Numbered from the whole stretch's first letter, positions 24,601 through 36,878 are shown. The stretch is 63,323 bases of DNA, filler included, from Octopus bimaculoides (GCF_001194135.2; 4 parts of 4 records of this genome joined end to end with filler, not necessarily neighbours in it); one strand, 5' to 3'. The notes: a model not told the origin generated them from the sequence alone. Translations and numbers: made by a program.

Positions 24601-26655
24601 ACAGACACGTGTACCCTTAACGTAGTTCTCGGGGAGATTCAGCGTGACACAGACTGTGACAAGGCTGACCCTTTGAATTACAAACACAACAGAAACAGGA
24701 AGTAAGAGTGAGAGAAAGTTGTGGTGAAAGAGTACAGCAGGGTTCGCCACCATCCCCTGCCGGAGCCTCGTGGAGCTTTACGTGTTTTCGCTCAGTAAAC
24801 ACTCACAACGCCCGGTCTGGGAATCGAAACCGCAATTGTACGACCGCAAGTCTGCTGCTCTAACCACTGGGCCATTGCGCCTCCACGGTCTTTGGTAAGA
24901 TCTAACTATACTAGCGAGAGTGTGATGCTGTTCCTCATTGTTTTCTTCATATTCTGGCTGATTGTTGATTTATGTTTAAAGCATTCAGAGTACCTTAAGT
25001 ACTTCTCCTTTCAGGACACTTATTTCATTGTGCTCATTGGCGAGTAGATATGTTAATCTTTTGACATTGAAAGACCAAAAGAACTCTTTGACATCTGACA
25101 CAAAGATATCTTGAAGTCTTGCTGAGTTATTTTCTCCCATACCAAAACATCCATTCTGAACTGTCCAGGGCTTATTCGTGTGTTTTCTTCCAGATTTCCC
25201 ATTTTACTAACCTCCTCAGAAGTGGTGGGAAGATTTTGTAGATCTTCTACATAATACCAGATCATCCTGGAGCAGTTCATGCCCAAGCTATTGCCAATAT
25301 AGCACTTACTTCATTGAGTGTGAAATCTGCTATGTTGAAAGGGACATGTGGCAATTGGAAAGGACAGTTAGCCAGTGGAATGTCTCTCTTGGAGTCACCA
25401 TAGACCACTGCCACTCTGCTCTTCAACTCTTCTTTAGAACAGACCAGCTTTCCAAGGAAATCAACTGTGAACCAGAATTAGTTGTTAAAAAAGACCTTCC
25501 TCTGCTTTCGTCACATCATCTCTTTTTCTCTCTCTGGCTTTTCCCTTTTATCACTGTCCTGCAAAACTGCTGCAATTTTTTCCATAATTCTGAGCTCAGC
25601 TGGTTTAATACTACTATCTTCATCTGCTTCTTTCCATCTTTTCTTCAGCTGTTTTAGCTCATTCTTCAGTTCTGTGATCTGATGCCACCTTCTATTGGGA
25701 CAAGGTAACTTCCCAGTTTTTCCCTCCTTCATGTCAAAGGTATCTTGGCATGCCTGATAAACAACTTACACAATGGTCCTCATCTTTCTGCTTGCTTCTC
25801 CTGTCAGATTACTGCTCAAGATGATGCTTAGATCCTCATCTAACTGAGCCCATCTGTTGCTGGTTGCAAATTCATGTCAATGTACTCATTGGCAGGTAGA
25901 CATGTTAATTTTTTGACAATGAAGACCCAAGAGATCTTTCCTCTTGAAACCGTCTAAGCTTTTAGATTCACCCACCCTTCATGTGCTATGAGCAAGTTGA
26001 GCTAAAAGATCTTGGGTATTGTGCTTTGCCTCCTAGCCATAGTCCCCCTTCAACTGACAAGCTGTTCCAATACCTTTAGAGATAGATCCCTGAGTAGTAT
26101 CAGGTACATTGCATTGCTGTAGTTACTACTAACGTTTTGATTTACCTTAGTGAATCTTCATGTTGCATGTTGAATATTCCACCACAGATGTTACATCTCC
26201 TTTAGGTATTACCTTCCTGTCTTGCTATACCCAATCTCATAGTCCTTATATCATTGTCCCAATCATTGGCCATGTGAACTGTCCTTGATAGCAGATTATC
26301 CTCCTCCCTCTTCAGTCTCTCTAGTAGGGGGTGGGGAGAGTTTTTCTCAGTTTAGTACATGTAGCTTGCAAGTGCTAGTTGTAATACTTTGATGTCTCAT
26401 CTCTCTGAGCTGTCATCCATTCTGTCATGGATCTCCTCTGTTTTTACCTAATTAATCTATCTCCCTCATATATCTCATGTTTATTTATTTATTTATTTAT
26501 TTATTGATTTTCAATTTCTTTCTTTCAGAGCCCGAATATTAAGTACCACATTGTTAATATTTGTTATCGTAATGTCTTGGAAGAATTGTGACTACTTCCT
26601 GCAGATTTTCGATTATATTATGTCAGAATATCGACGCCTGTTATCCAAGCGATAG
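3920..26655 (+). CDS. TMCC: TMCC-family (transmembrane and coiled-coil domain; dementin-like) gene, 5'-partial. Six exons: 3920-3983, 16584-16860, 17810-17941, 21905-21994, 22958-23139, 26529-26655
   Basis: Hand-spliced GT-AG exons join in frame to DSMEE...[20 protein letters not shown]...[74 protein letters not shown]...[56 protein letters not shown]...KR*. This closely matches the remembered TMCC C-terminus (KYGSEEDCSSATSGS; [23 protein letters not shown]; CQTRISKME-polyQ; two TM helices). Confidence 0.95.
4150..4357 (+). mobile_element. SINE family B copy
   Basis: gcgagctgg...ctgagttcaaattc...tttcatcctttc... Confidence 0.75.
4795..5008 (+). mobile_element. SINE or RTE-type 3' element family E with (GAT)n tail
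   Basis: ggttggcgttaggaagggcatccagctgtagaaa...catggaaagcggacgttaaacgatgatgat; copies at 13945, 19918 (minus) and 21690. Confidence 0.75.
5589..5903 (-). mobile_element. tRNA-derived SINE family A, (AAC)n tail, 13-bp TSD
   Basis: AAGAAGTGAAGAT at 5576-5588 and 5904-5916; homologous to the 11368, 18872 and 24493 copies with an internal deletion. Confidence 0.88.
8207..9010 (+). mobile_element. Decayed mariner (DD34D-type) transposase, 3'-truncated
   Basis: ORF 8272-8811 has an HTH (IWRWFEKF), WAPHE and ICDEKW. After a frameshift it continues [16 protein letters not shown]...QDNA* and ends in (TA)n. Confidence 0.9.
10187..10345 (+). mobile_element. SINE family C head
   Basis: Homologous to the 50-211 and 52603 copies; followed by (TA)n and a gap. 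Confidence 0.75.
11100..11295 (+). mobile_element. SINE family C tail module following (TG)n
   Basis: caacatcgcttggcaaccgatgctggtgtgtttacgtccccgtaacttagcggttcggcaaaagagaccgatag...; recurs at 18610, 45710 (minus), 47350 (minus), 58960 and 61884 (minus). Confidence 0.8.
11368..11750 (+). mobile_element. Full-length SINE family A
   Basis: tRNA-like head (tggcccagtggttagggcagcg...ggttttgattcccagg), ~380 bp, ends gccaacaa; imperfect TSD tcttctttaa/tcttccttag. Confidence 0.88.
12881..13319. repeat. Long imperfect inverted repeat (119-bp arms, ~200-bp spacer)
   Basis: 12881-12999 is the reverse complement of 13201-13319 (ctagcaagtacaatgacaac.. / ..ttgtcattatacttgctaaa; ccccaggtcagcc / ggctgacctgagg). 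Confidence 0.8.
13728..14185 (+). mobile_element. Adjacent SINE B (about 13728-13935) and family E (about 13945-14185) copies
   Basis: Homology to the other copies; (GAT)n tail at about 14157-14185. Confidence 0.7.
15870..16534 (+). repeat. Identical 119-bp direct repeat (15870-15988 and 16416-16534) enclosing a minus-strand SINE B
   Basis: catattggtcagg...gcctaagtgattctc is letter-for-letter identical in both places. Confidence 0.9.
16584..16860 (+). CDS. TMCC: TMCC exon ([16 protein letters not shown]...DEFDPYK)
   Basis: tttcag|C TTC AAA TAT GGT...TAC AAG|gtaaat; lies within provided ORF 16573-16902. Confidence 0.92.
17143..17621. mobile_element. MITE with CACTGTGTAAC terminal inverted repeats and TA flanks (Tc1/mariner-type)
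   Basis: Left end ta-cactgtgtaacaaa, right end tttgttacatagtg-tta; a full-length homolog lies at 46645-47109. Confidence 0.75.
17810..17941 (+). CDS. TMCC: TMCC exon, second coiled coil (NNLHQD...[31 protein letters not shown])
   Basis: tttag|AAC...AAACAG|gtaaaa, 132 nt = 44 codons, carrying the signature TMCC motif. Confidence 0.95.
18370..18837 (+). mobile_element. Complete composite SINE C: head + internal (TG)/(TA) microsatellite + tail
   Basis: Head about 18370-18525, microsatellite to about 18610, tail to about 18837. Confidence 0.75.
18872..19259 (-). mobile_element. Full-length SINE family A with 12-bp TSD
   Basis: CTACATGAGATT at 18860-18871 and 19260-19271. Confidence 0.9.
19918..20375 (-). 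mobile_element. Family E element with ~65-bp internal tandem repeats
   Basis: Reverse complement of the 4795 element, extended by four ~65-bp degenerate units (20101-20370). Confidence 0.75.
21334..21490 (+). mobile_element. SINE family C head
   Basis: Homology to other copies; followed by a TA/TG microsatellite. Confidence 0.7.
21905..21994 (+). CDS. TMCC: TMCC exon ([30 protein letters not shown])
   Basis: tttcag|GAA...ACTCGA|gtaagt, 90 nt. Confidence 0.95.
22958..23139 (+). CDS. TMCC: TMCC exon with polyQ and first transmembrane helix
   Basis: Long T tract then tacag|ATT TCC AAA ATG GAG...ACA ACA AG|gtactt; overlaps provided ORF 22967-23236. Confidence 0.95.
23914..24170. mobile_element. 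hAT-type MITE, 257 bp, perfect 8-bp TSD
   Basis: TIR CAGGGGTTTTCAAACT / AGTTTGAAAACCCCTG; GCTTAGAT at 23906-23913 and 24171-24178. Confidence 0.92.
24493..24886 (-). mobile_element. Full-length SINE family A with 10-bp TSD
   Basis: GGTCTTTGGT at 24483-24492 and 24887-24896. Confidence 0.9.
24900..26340 (-). mobile_element. Heavily decayed non-LTR retrotransposon ORF fragment, region upstream of RT (HERO/NeSL-like)
   Basis: Minus frames give ..[33 protein letters not shown] and [21 protein letters not shown]-like segments that resemble the pre-RT region of REL-clade elements; many stops. Confidence 0.5.
26529..26655 (+). CDS. TMCC: TMCC last coding exon with second transmembrane helix and stop
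   Basis: tctttcag|A GCC CGA ATA TTA AGT...AAG CGA TAG; AG+A = Arg joins in frame. Confidence 0.92.
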
Positions 26656-27910
26656 CACCCATAGTAAATTAGTTGCAATTTCCTAAAAAACAAAAGACTT
26701 ACATTGTCTCCAGGAGTGCTGCCTGTGTTGAGGACACCGACAAATCTGCTGGCAACACACAGCAACTCAAACTTGTTGACAACGAACCGCGTGGAGCACG
26801 TGGCTGTGATGAAGTAAAACTGGGCTGGACAGTTTCCACTTGCAAAGTAGTTGATTCTTTGTGTGTCAGCATTGTGACTTAGTTGCTACAACAGGGTATT
26901 CCACTTGCATACACATAGAAGATAACATTGGTGTACCAAGAATTGACATACATGTACACATTTAAAACCACACTTTAACACATACACACACACAAACAAA
27001 TGATATATATATATGTGTGCATACACATACATATATACACATGCACTTGATCACATACAAATTACATGTATGTATACCACTAATTTATTGGCTCATACCT
27101 TTGTACTCTTACACATCTGCAACCAATATACAAAACAAACCATTTCCTTTTGAAAAAGATGAAAGACAAAGAAAATGAAAAAATCATAAACAAAGAAACT
27201 TCTCTTGAAATTTTAATTCACATGTTATTTAAAAGAAGACAGACTGCTATTTGGAAAGAGTATATTGTATGTACTCTTGATTAATGTCTCCATGGTGATT
27301 GCTACAGATTTGGTGCTTGGCATCCAATACCTTCAGGTGGATATTTCATCTGAACACTGATGTTTTTTTAGTCTTATTTGCTGACTGTTACACGAGCGAC
27401 TTTTCCAGTTCTTTAGTTTACATACACACATACATACACACAGCTGTACAATGAAACAATGAAATAATCATCAGATATTTTTTTTACAAAAATATGTGTA
27501 ATTATTAATCCAGTCCTAAACGAAAAAAACACTCATCAAAAATACATACAGATAAACCAGAAACAAAGACACACACACACACACTTATCAAAACATGGTG
27601 AAATGCATACACACACACACATACATTTAAGTATATTTATTCATACATATATACAGGTACAGTTAAATTACAATAATACATATACCCACACATTCAGATT
27701 GCATACAGATGAAAGAAAATGTGCCGACACATAAGCATATCTAAGCAGGTTTAACACACACACACGCACACACACACACACACACACACAAACACAAACA
27801 CACACAGCTATGTCTAGACAATACACTGGACAGTGTGATTTGTCAAGGTGAAAACAAAACTGACAAGAAAAGCCTTGTGTAGCTTTCAGCAATTTTCTCT
27901 GATGGAGATT
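26656..27910 (+). other. Probable TMCC 3' UTR (end not determinable)
   Basis: Unique, CA-repeat-containing sequence directly after the stop; no clear polyA site identified; runs into an assembly gap. Confidence 0.5.
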
Positions 27911-29582
27911 NNNNNNNNNNNNNNNNNNNNNNNNNNNNNNNNNNNNNNNNNNNNTTAATTAATTAANNNNNNNNNNNNNNNNNNNNNNNNNNNNNNNNNN
28001 NNNNNNNNNNTATATAATATTTATATATACGTATTTATATGTCTGTGTGAGTGTGTGTTCATATATATATATATGGTAATTGAAAGACGGGAGATGGACG
28101 ATATGCAACCATATCGCCAGCTTCCAGAGAATCAATAAGAGACGTTCAACATATTTGGCTTGTTTAGTGTGGTGACGGAAGGGATATAAAATTAAGTATA
28201 ACATAACTTGGTCCATAGTAAGGCCCGCAAAACTATGAGATATCATTTCCAGGAGATGATATCTGCTCCATTAAATCCCTGTCTACTCTGTGGACCAATG
28301 AGAAAATCATTAATAGAATTTCTGAAAGACTCTCAAGATGCCTGCATGTATATAAATGTACTTTCTCACACTGCAGTGGGAATGAATTTGGGTAACTGTT
28401 AACATAATTTACTTTAAGGTATGGGTGAATTAAGTCTAGCATTAACATCCTTATTCTTATAAACACCAAGTAGCTATTTAACTCGCTCTGTGAACATATA
28501 AGCTCCAAACCACACGTGTGGTCTACATTAATTCAACCACATTTTAGTTTATACTTGTGTGAGCGATTGTACATGCGCCATGCAGCGTACGCAAGGGGTT
28601 TTTGTCAGCCATATCCCTTAACGGTTATTTTGAATACTTTTCTCACTGTATTGCGTGTTCGTTTCTTTTTTGCATCTGTTCATTTATTATTGATCTTTTA
28701 CATAAATGAAGATATATCCTTTAACTTGCTGCTTTTCTTTACACGAAATGAGAAAGTACATTGCAGAGCTGTTTATTTTAACAGGTTATGTCTGTTTATC
28801 ACCCGAAGAAACACATCTGCACCGTTGGATGCTTCTGAATAAGTTGTAGATCGGAAGAGCGNNNNNNNNNNNNNNNNNNNNNNNNNNNNNNNNNNNNNNN
28901 NNNNNNNNNNNNNNNNNNNNNNNNNNNNNNNNNNNNNNNNNNNNNNNNNNNNNNNNNNNNNNNNNNNNNNNNNNNNNNNNNNNNNNNNNNNNNNNNNNNN
29001 NNNNNNNNNNNNNNNNNNNNNNNNNNNNNNNNNNNNNNNNNNNNNNNNNNNNNNNNNNNNNNNNNNNNNNNNNNNNNNNNNNNNNNNNNNNNNNNNNNNN
29101 NNNNNNNNNNNNNNNNNNNNNNNNNNNNNNNNNNNNNNNNNNNNNNNNNNNNNNNNNNNNNNNNNNNNNNNNNNNNNNNNNNNNNNNNNNNNNNNNNNNN
29201 NNNNNNNNNNNNNNNNNNNNNNNNNNNNNNNNNNNNNNNNNNNNNNNNNNNNNNNNNNNNNNNNNNNNNNNNNNNNNNNNNNNNNNNNNNNNNNNNNNNN
29301 NNNNNNNNNNNNNNNNNNNNNNNNNNNNNNNNNNNNNNNNNNNNNNNNNNNNNNNNNNNNNNNNNNNNNNNNNNNNNNNNNNNNNNNNNNNNNNNNNNNN
29401 NNNNNNNNNNNNNNNNNNNNNNNNNNNNNNNNNNNNNNNNNNNNNNNNNNNNNNNNNNNNNNNNNNNNNNNNNNNNNNNNNNNNNNNNNNNNNNNNNNNN
29501 NNNNNNNNNNNNNNNNNNNNNNNNNNNNNNNNNNNNNNNNNNNNNNNNNNNNNNNNNNNNNNNNNNNNNNNNNNNNNNNNNN

Positions 29583-29620
<38 letters not shown>

Positions 29621-30350
29621 AGACAGACAGATAGATAGACAGAGAGCTGTTCTTTAACATTTTCTTATATTTAGATTCTTACTTGTTAGTTTGGACCAAT
29701 AGTGTTCCAGAGTCCGATTCCGACTTCCCAGTTTTTTATAGCCTCATTTTCGGGAAATGAATACCTTCGCAACTTTTGAATTTCTTACATTCTGGATGAA
29801 TTTATGCATAATTTCCCGTCAAATGATGTTGGTTATTAGCCTCATGCATCAGCAGACACGTCTTCATTTATTTCTGACTGTCACTTTTATTCTTAGCGCG
29901 GGCATATATGTGTGTGTGTGTGCATGTCTCAGTGGTCACGTGCGAATTTGTGATGCATGATAATTTCGGAATTGTATTGCAATATGAGTATTGTTTTCGC
30001 AATCGATCTTTAAATTTTGAGTGGTAATGTCATATTCCTACGTAAGAGTGTTCTATTGATGAACAATACTAACGTAGAAACGATCACGAAACTATGAGCT
30101 GGAGAGTCTACATTAATTCAACCGGTATGTAAGAAACAACATGGTTGGCAGGTATATGAGACTCTGCAGTTCTGGAAACGTCAGATTTAAAATCACGATC
30201 TCTATTGTTCCGTATCAAACTTTAACATGTAGCAAAATAAAGCATGAAAAATTTCAAGTAAGATGGAAGGTAAGACTTGAACATAGTCGTGCATTTCATG
30301 AAACGTAATGTGCGGAGGAGAGAGAGAAAGAGACAGAGTGAGATTCAATG

Positions 30351-30409
<59 letters not shown>

Positions 30410-33249
30410 GTGTGTGTATTATGTATGTATGTATGTATGTCTCTTTGTATGTATGTTTAGAATTAAAAGCTGCATATTGACAGCAAAACCTGCAAGCCAG
30501 CGGGAGCCTGGCGGAAGATTCTCGAGTTTTCCGTTCTCTGCAAAGCGATGAGACAAAAACATCTAAGAAATGACTTAGAGAAGTATAGACTGCAAGCGTT
30601 GATGCAGTCTGCAGAGGGAAGGAGAGGTTTGAAAACGATGCAGGGGAGGGTTCGCATTCTGTATGTCGGAAGTGACCAATGCAACAAAATGTCACGTATT
30701 GATAACCCATGGCTTACAGAGGAAGGTGAACACATGAACTTTTACATGAACCTACCAAGGGGACCCTTGGTGAGGATGGGGGCAACAAGCCTCTTCAACT
30801 TATCTATTGAAGTTCACATTAACACTGTATTAGTATCTGATAACTTCTGAAGTTTACGTTTACCTTTACGGGACATATTGGTTACCCATTGCCTAAAGAT
30901 GATGTGAAGACACTGTCTATACCCGGAACGAGCAAGGAGACCTCCAGGGTGGTAGTAAGCCCCGGCGACTCATTTATTGATCTTGGCTATTGTAACACAG
31001 CAAAGGGTCATAGCTTCGATAATTGGTAGTCCCATAAAATAAATTTCGACTCAGTTGTTATACATTAACTACAGATGAAGATACAGTGAGGCACATTTAC
31101 TTCCATTTCAATTCAGCAAGAGGACCTACTCGGGGACGATGAGCCTAAATCATTAACCCATAAAAGTTCAAACTATCACAATAAAACAGCGTCAGAACCT
31201 CGGGAGTTCATTATGGTTATTGCCTGCCATAGCATAAAGTACCGCACATTCGTTATCACTTGAGTTCTGCAAGGGAACTCCCTAGGAAGGGCAATGAGCC
31301 CCTTTCGACCACTTTTCAAGTTCATATTATGGTCTCAGCAAAGCATTTTAACTTCTGGAAATAACAGTCAATGTTAACGAAAGTTGACGCATCGGTTACT
31401 CATGTCCTACGAATGGAGGAACGAATTTTTAAATCCCGCTTGACTAAACTTTAGTTTGCTAAGTTACCTTTAGGATGACTGAATTTAATTTTGCACCTGG
31501 TTGTCCCCCCACCTGTGTAATTGCACAGAATTAACAGATGGTTTTCATTATCTTATTACCGGGACTGAGTTAGTTCATTATTGAGTTAAGTACTGGAATA
31601 AGTGAATAATCTCTTAGCTATTTAGATATTAAACAATTAGGGTGGTAAGAGTTGAGAGGGAGAGAAAGAGAACCCACGTTCTAGAAAAGACGAAGAAGGA
31701 TATATCTTTACTAGCATATATTTGAAAAAGAGACTCATACTTCCTTATCAGTACGTTGAGTTATAATTTTAAGAATTATACAAAAAGTAATATATCGCTA
31801 AAATAATCTATATATAAAACATAACCAAAATTTGAAATATTTTATCAAGGAGAATTTATGCGTGGAAAGATGTATATAATTAAATTTATGGCAAATAAAA
31901 CGGACCAGTAAAAAACGAAAAACGAGTTATGTTGGTCACGAAAGAGGAGACAAAAGGCAATTGAAGAACGTAGTGCGTTGGGGTGTGAGTTTTATAACAT
32001 GGAATTCATTATTGTTAAATATATGTATCTTTAATCGTGCATAATGTGACATGAGATTAACATGATGAAAATTGTAGTTTTTTTTATACAAGTACTGAAA
32101 GGATTAGTGTGATAAATATACAAATAAATATAAATTGATTTAAGATATGTAATTAATGTGTGAAGACATTGTATTGATTCAAATACACTGCTAATTTTGA
32201 GATAAAATAAGTATTAAAACCACAAAGCGTCAGATTAAGTGACTGAAATTTAAGTGGTTAAAAGAAAGATATATAAGACTGAAAGTTCACGCATAAAGAA
32301 TTGTATAAACATAAATTTACTGTAGATATGAGGAAGAAATGAATACACTTGGAAACGTGTAGCAGCTAAACCAAACTGGATATTCATCAGAAATTTCATA
32401 CGCTGGAAGTTAAATGAATTATTGGGAGTTAAAATGAAATAATTTATTTATACATTAATTTAAAGAATGGTTGCAAGGAACTTAAAGGTTCAGCGGTTTG
32501 AGTTATAAAAGTTCAATCAAAGGCGTTAGCTGCTTCGAGAATGAATTTATTAAAATTTAATAATATTGGTAGCTAGTGGTATAACTGGTTATATATTGAA
32601 GTTAATAAAGGGTATTCATGTGTGTGTGGGGGGGTGGAGGATGAAAATTTCTTGCCATACATTAATGTATGTGCATATATATACACAAGCACACACGCAC
32701 ACATACATAAACACACAAGCGCACAAATGAATATATTTATATACTTATGTATGTGTATATATATACGTACATATATGTGTGCGGTAGAGATGTGTATACA
32801 TACAAAGTGAAAGAGAGAAAGAGACATATTCGTATATATAGATATAATTCTTTGTCATTTAAAATTTAGTCACTACCGCAGAAACTTGGTTTTCTTGCAA
32901 AGTGGCAAGTCTACTTCATATTTCAATTTGTATGGCCGTACTACATTAACAGACTGAAGGAGATAATTCGTTTACTTCTCTTCCATTTTCCTTTTACGCT
33001 ACCGACGCTCCAGCATGACTTTTCTATGTGTAACGAACGAGAAATCGAGATTTTAAAATCTCGTCTTGCAAGGAATCTGTTATTTGGTCAGCCACATTGA
33101 ACGTTGGCAGTCGTATGCAACTTAATAATGTAGCAGATCCATTTTACGAGTACGAAATCTATGTTTTTGTATAGCATGCTGATTTTCATTTAAACAATAA
33201 AATATTATAGGTACATACCTAGGCCGCGTTGTCCTTTTTTACTTTCGTC

Positions 33250-33620
33250 AGTGTCAACATAATATCTCTAAATAAATGTGTATGAGTTGTGTGTACGTTT
33301 GTCGTCCGTCTGTAAGATCATTGAAAGATTTGGATGACACTGCAAATTCTTCTTCCTTGTCATTACCATAATCGATGTCAGTTTCAATAACCTACTTTCA
33401 GACGGCTCTCCATTAGAAAATGGTGTAAAACCGGGCTCTGTTATCTCTCCTTTCTTCATTATATTTTTGCCATGAATGCTCATATGAGTTGTAAAACACA
33501 TCAATGAGGGATATTGCCTTTATATCTGCATCTCCAACAAGAGCAGCCGACTAAATTTGAGACACACGTCTACGGGAGATGGTCGTTGCCCAATACAGAG
33601 CACACGCAGCTCGCTTAGAC
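33250..33620 (+). mobile_element. Decayed RTE-clade reverse transcriptase fragment
   Basis: Segments read VSINNLLSDGSPLENGVKPGSVISPFF..., resembling RT motif B (NGVKQGCVLAP), followed by an EG.Y..-LNLR insertion typical of RTE. Confidence 0.55.
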
Positions 33621-33741
33621 TCAACCCGGCTTTCTTTTCTTTCGTTTGGATGCTGATATTCATCCTGAAAAATTATCAATTTCAAGGGAAAGAAGAGGCT
33701 GAAGAATATTCGCCTGAAAATAAATTGCAGGACGTATTCTA

Positions 33742-33958
33742 ATGTTAGTTTCAGTTTGGCACAAGGCCCACTGTTTCGGTGGAAAAATTAAGTGGATTAC
33801 ATTGACTCTAGTGCCCAACTCCCCAACTAGCACTTTGCCTTTCATCCCTGAAAGGAAGAAAGGCAAAATTGACCTCGACGGAATCTGAACTCAACGTAAA
33901 GACGGACGAAATGCCGCACAGCATTTTTCCTGGCGTATTTAATGATTCTGCCTGTTCG
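33742..33958 (-). mobile_element. SINE family B copy (CpG-retaining)
   Basis: Reverse-complement homology to the 42755 copy. Confidence 0.75.
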
Positions 33959-34129
33959 ACGCCCTAGGGCGCGTTCTAATATTGAAAAATCGTTGAGAGG
34001 GTTGTATCACCATTGAGAAAACCAATTTTGAAGGATAAAATCTGAATGAATTGCAAAAATTGAAAGTGAAGTGTCATTTTCTAAAGGTTACTGTTCTCTC
34101 TCTACAATCCTTGCGCATGTTTGTATGTA

Positions 34130-34312
<183 letters not shown>

Positions 34313-35399
34313 CCAATGGCTAAGAAATACGTTTCACATTCAGCATGTTATCTTTTTATTTTTTACCGCCGCATGACATTCTAAGCAAACGTCGTTTGCT
34401 CTAGCCCAATGTCGACACATAGCCTATGAGTGAAATTCAGCGGACGTAAACCTGTCCGGTGAATTGCACCAGTTATTCGGACGGAACGCCCTTGTGACAA
34501 ATTTTGTCACGCCAATTACGTTCGAGATTTACTTTTAAATGTAGAAGTGTTTCTGAAATACTCAGGCACTTGCGTATTAAGTCAAGACCGTTTGATGGAA
34601 CTACGTAATCCTTGTATATTCTGTGTCGAACAACGGAGATGCACAACATTACCATAAATCATATATATATGGTGTGTGTGTGTGCGCGCGCGCGCGCGCG
34701 TGAGTGTGTGAATGTGCGCGTGTTCTATTAAAGCTTTAATCTAATACTTTTTTTGATAAAACTTTTGCCTCATGTGCTGTCCTTTTCATCGTTCATTTTA
34801 TTTCCCCTATGTATACACATACATGCACACGTACATCTTTCCATACAAACGTATATACATACACACGTACGTATCTGTATATAAACATACATACATGAAT
34901 GATAAGAGCATGGAGATGTGTGACATGCCCTCAAATGGCTATGTAAACCGATCCTTAATACTGCAAGGCTTTACTTCCTGGCTGCGCTTAGTAATCTTAA
35001 AGCGAGTGACAGTTCTTGTAATCTGAATCCGATCTTTAGACTTGGAGGTCTGACTATAGTGGCTCAGTGGTCTAAGACAGCTGTAGTGTCCGGCCAACTC
35101 TAGAGTTTTATATTAGAGTGGTCTTCTTGATAAATTTTCTCAAATGGATGGAGAACTCCACCTACATTGGAGTTACTGAAAGGGTGTCAAAGAGAGTACC
35201 GGACCATCTGAGGGACTGTATACCGTGATTTACTGTCGGAGTTTACTCCTTTAACCTTTTCCGCTCTCAAGACACTCTCAAGGCAGTGGGATTTTCCCCT
35301 TGATATTTCCTCCATAGCATCCTGATTAAGCCATAGTATACACACAAACATGCCTACATATACACATATACAATTCCATTCGGAAAAGAGAATTTTCTG

Positions 35400-35780
35400 G
35401 AATAAGTATAGAGAATCCCTCTGTTGTCGAGTACGTACACAAATACCAACACAGCAAATACTGGTGGAACATTCTCATTATAACATCTCTCATACTGCAT
35501 ATTGTTGTTTGGGACAGACAAGAAAAGTATGTACCGTCATAGAGGTCAGCTCACCTGCTCATGTGAAGTATCTCTTCGAAAATCAAAGAGAAAGAAAATA
35601 AGTATGGACAACTTCTTCGAAACATCCAGCTTCAATATCCGGATTACAATCTTACATCTATACCAATAATCATTAGTGTACATGATTTTGTAAGTAAATG
35701 CCTAACTATCAGTCTGGATAAGCTTGGATATTCAGAAAAAGAAATAAACCACCTGATTCGCTCGTTATCTTTAGATTTAT
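35400..35780 (+). mobile_element. REL-endonuclease domain fragment of an R4/Dong- or NeSL-like LINE
   Basis: Across frameshifts: IVVWDRQEK / VCTVIEVSSPA / KIKEKENKYGQLLRNIQLQYPDYNLTSIPIII...LDKLGYSEKEINHLIRSL, a PD-(D/E)xK-type REL pattern. Confidence 0.7.
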
Positions 35781-36823
35781 AAAACCATCTCTTTCAAGAA
35801 GAACTGTGTTTATTCACTGCTCATATAATTTTAATTGATCGAATATTTTCATCTCACTTTATTTCATATGTGAGACTCACTGCGTTTCTATTTGACTTAC
35901 ATAAGCCATATTTAAGTATAGTTCTCCTGTTCCGTATTTCCTATCTTCTATATATTCTGTAATGACAACAGTAGCTAAGCGAAATATTTCCAGCTTTTTA
36001 CCGAGATCGAAACTGCATTTAGTATTTATCGAAGTGTCTGAGTACTCTGTAAGCAAAACGAGGCGAGAGTTATTAGCCTGGGGTCGTATGAAAGCACATA
36101 TCACCTCGCTTTTGTACTGGTGTATACTACGTCTATATTAATGAAAGTATGTGAGAAGGACATCGCCAAATCATATGTTGTTGCTGAATACTTTCATAAT
36201 GTAAAGACGCCTCAGAAGAAAAAAATATGATAAAGAGAAACTAAAAGGAGGAACGTGCGACAAGATGAGAGGTTGGTCTTAAGTCTTGCTATCGATAAAG
36301 TGTGAAACTCAGTGTTGTGCAGAATCCGTAAGTACTTCACACAATGAACCAATCTTCAATCAATCATTTCATGCATATTTTACATAACACTAAAGGGACA
36401 CACAGTGTATACAATTTGTTAAGATTAGTTCTTCTTAGCCAATGAAATCAACTGACTGCATTCATGTCGCTTTAAGGATTTTTATCATATTACACGAATG
36501 TCATACATTGATAAACATATAGGAAATACAAATTTCATTACTATCTCACCTTCCTTCTATAGCAAACTCAGAGACTAAAGGACATAATTAAGCAACTACT
36601 ATATGTATATATAATTCATGATTAGCATTAAACTCTCTATAAGAGAGTAACTGTGACATAATTAATTGTGTCGACATCAGCATTGTACTGAAACTAAATA
36701 TATTGATTTAGTCAAAGACCTAACGTCATGAACACTTATTTCAGCAAACTTGTGTAAATGTGTGCAACTATGTGTGTGTATATGTATGTATATATGTATG
36801 TATATATGTTTATATATATATGT

Positions 36824-36878
<55 letters not shown>

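Noticed and set aside
26673-26882. 69-aa ORF just after the TMCC stop
   Set aside because: Non-ATG start, different frame, within the probable 3' UTR, and no recognisable motif.
27955-27966. TTAATTAATTAA embedded in N runs (also 55339-55350 and 61603-61614)
   Set aside because: An identical 12-mer with stops in all six frames, sitting inside gaps; an artificial scaffold linker.
30548-30850. 100-aa ORF as a host gene
   Set aside because: No recognisable domain, splice context or supporting exons.
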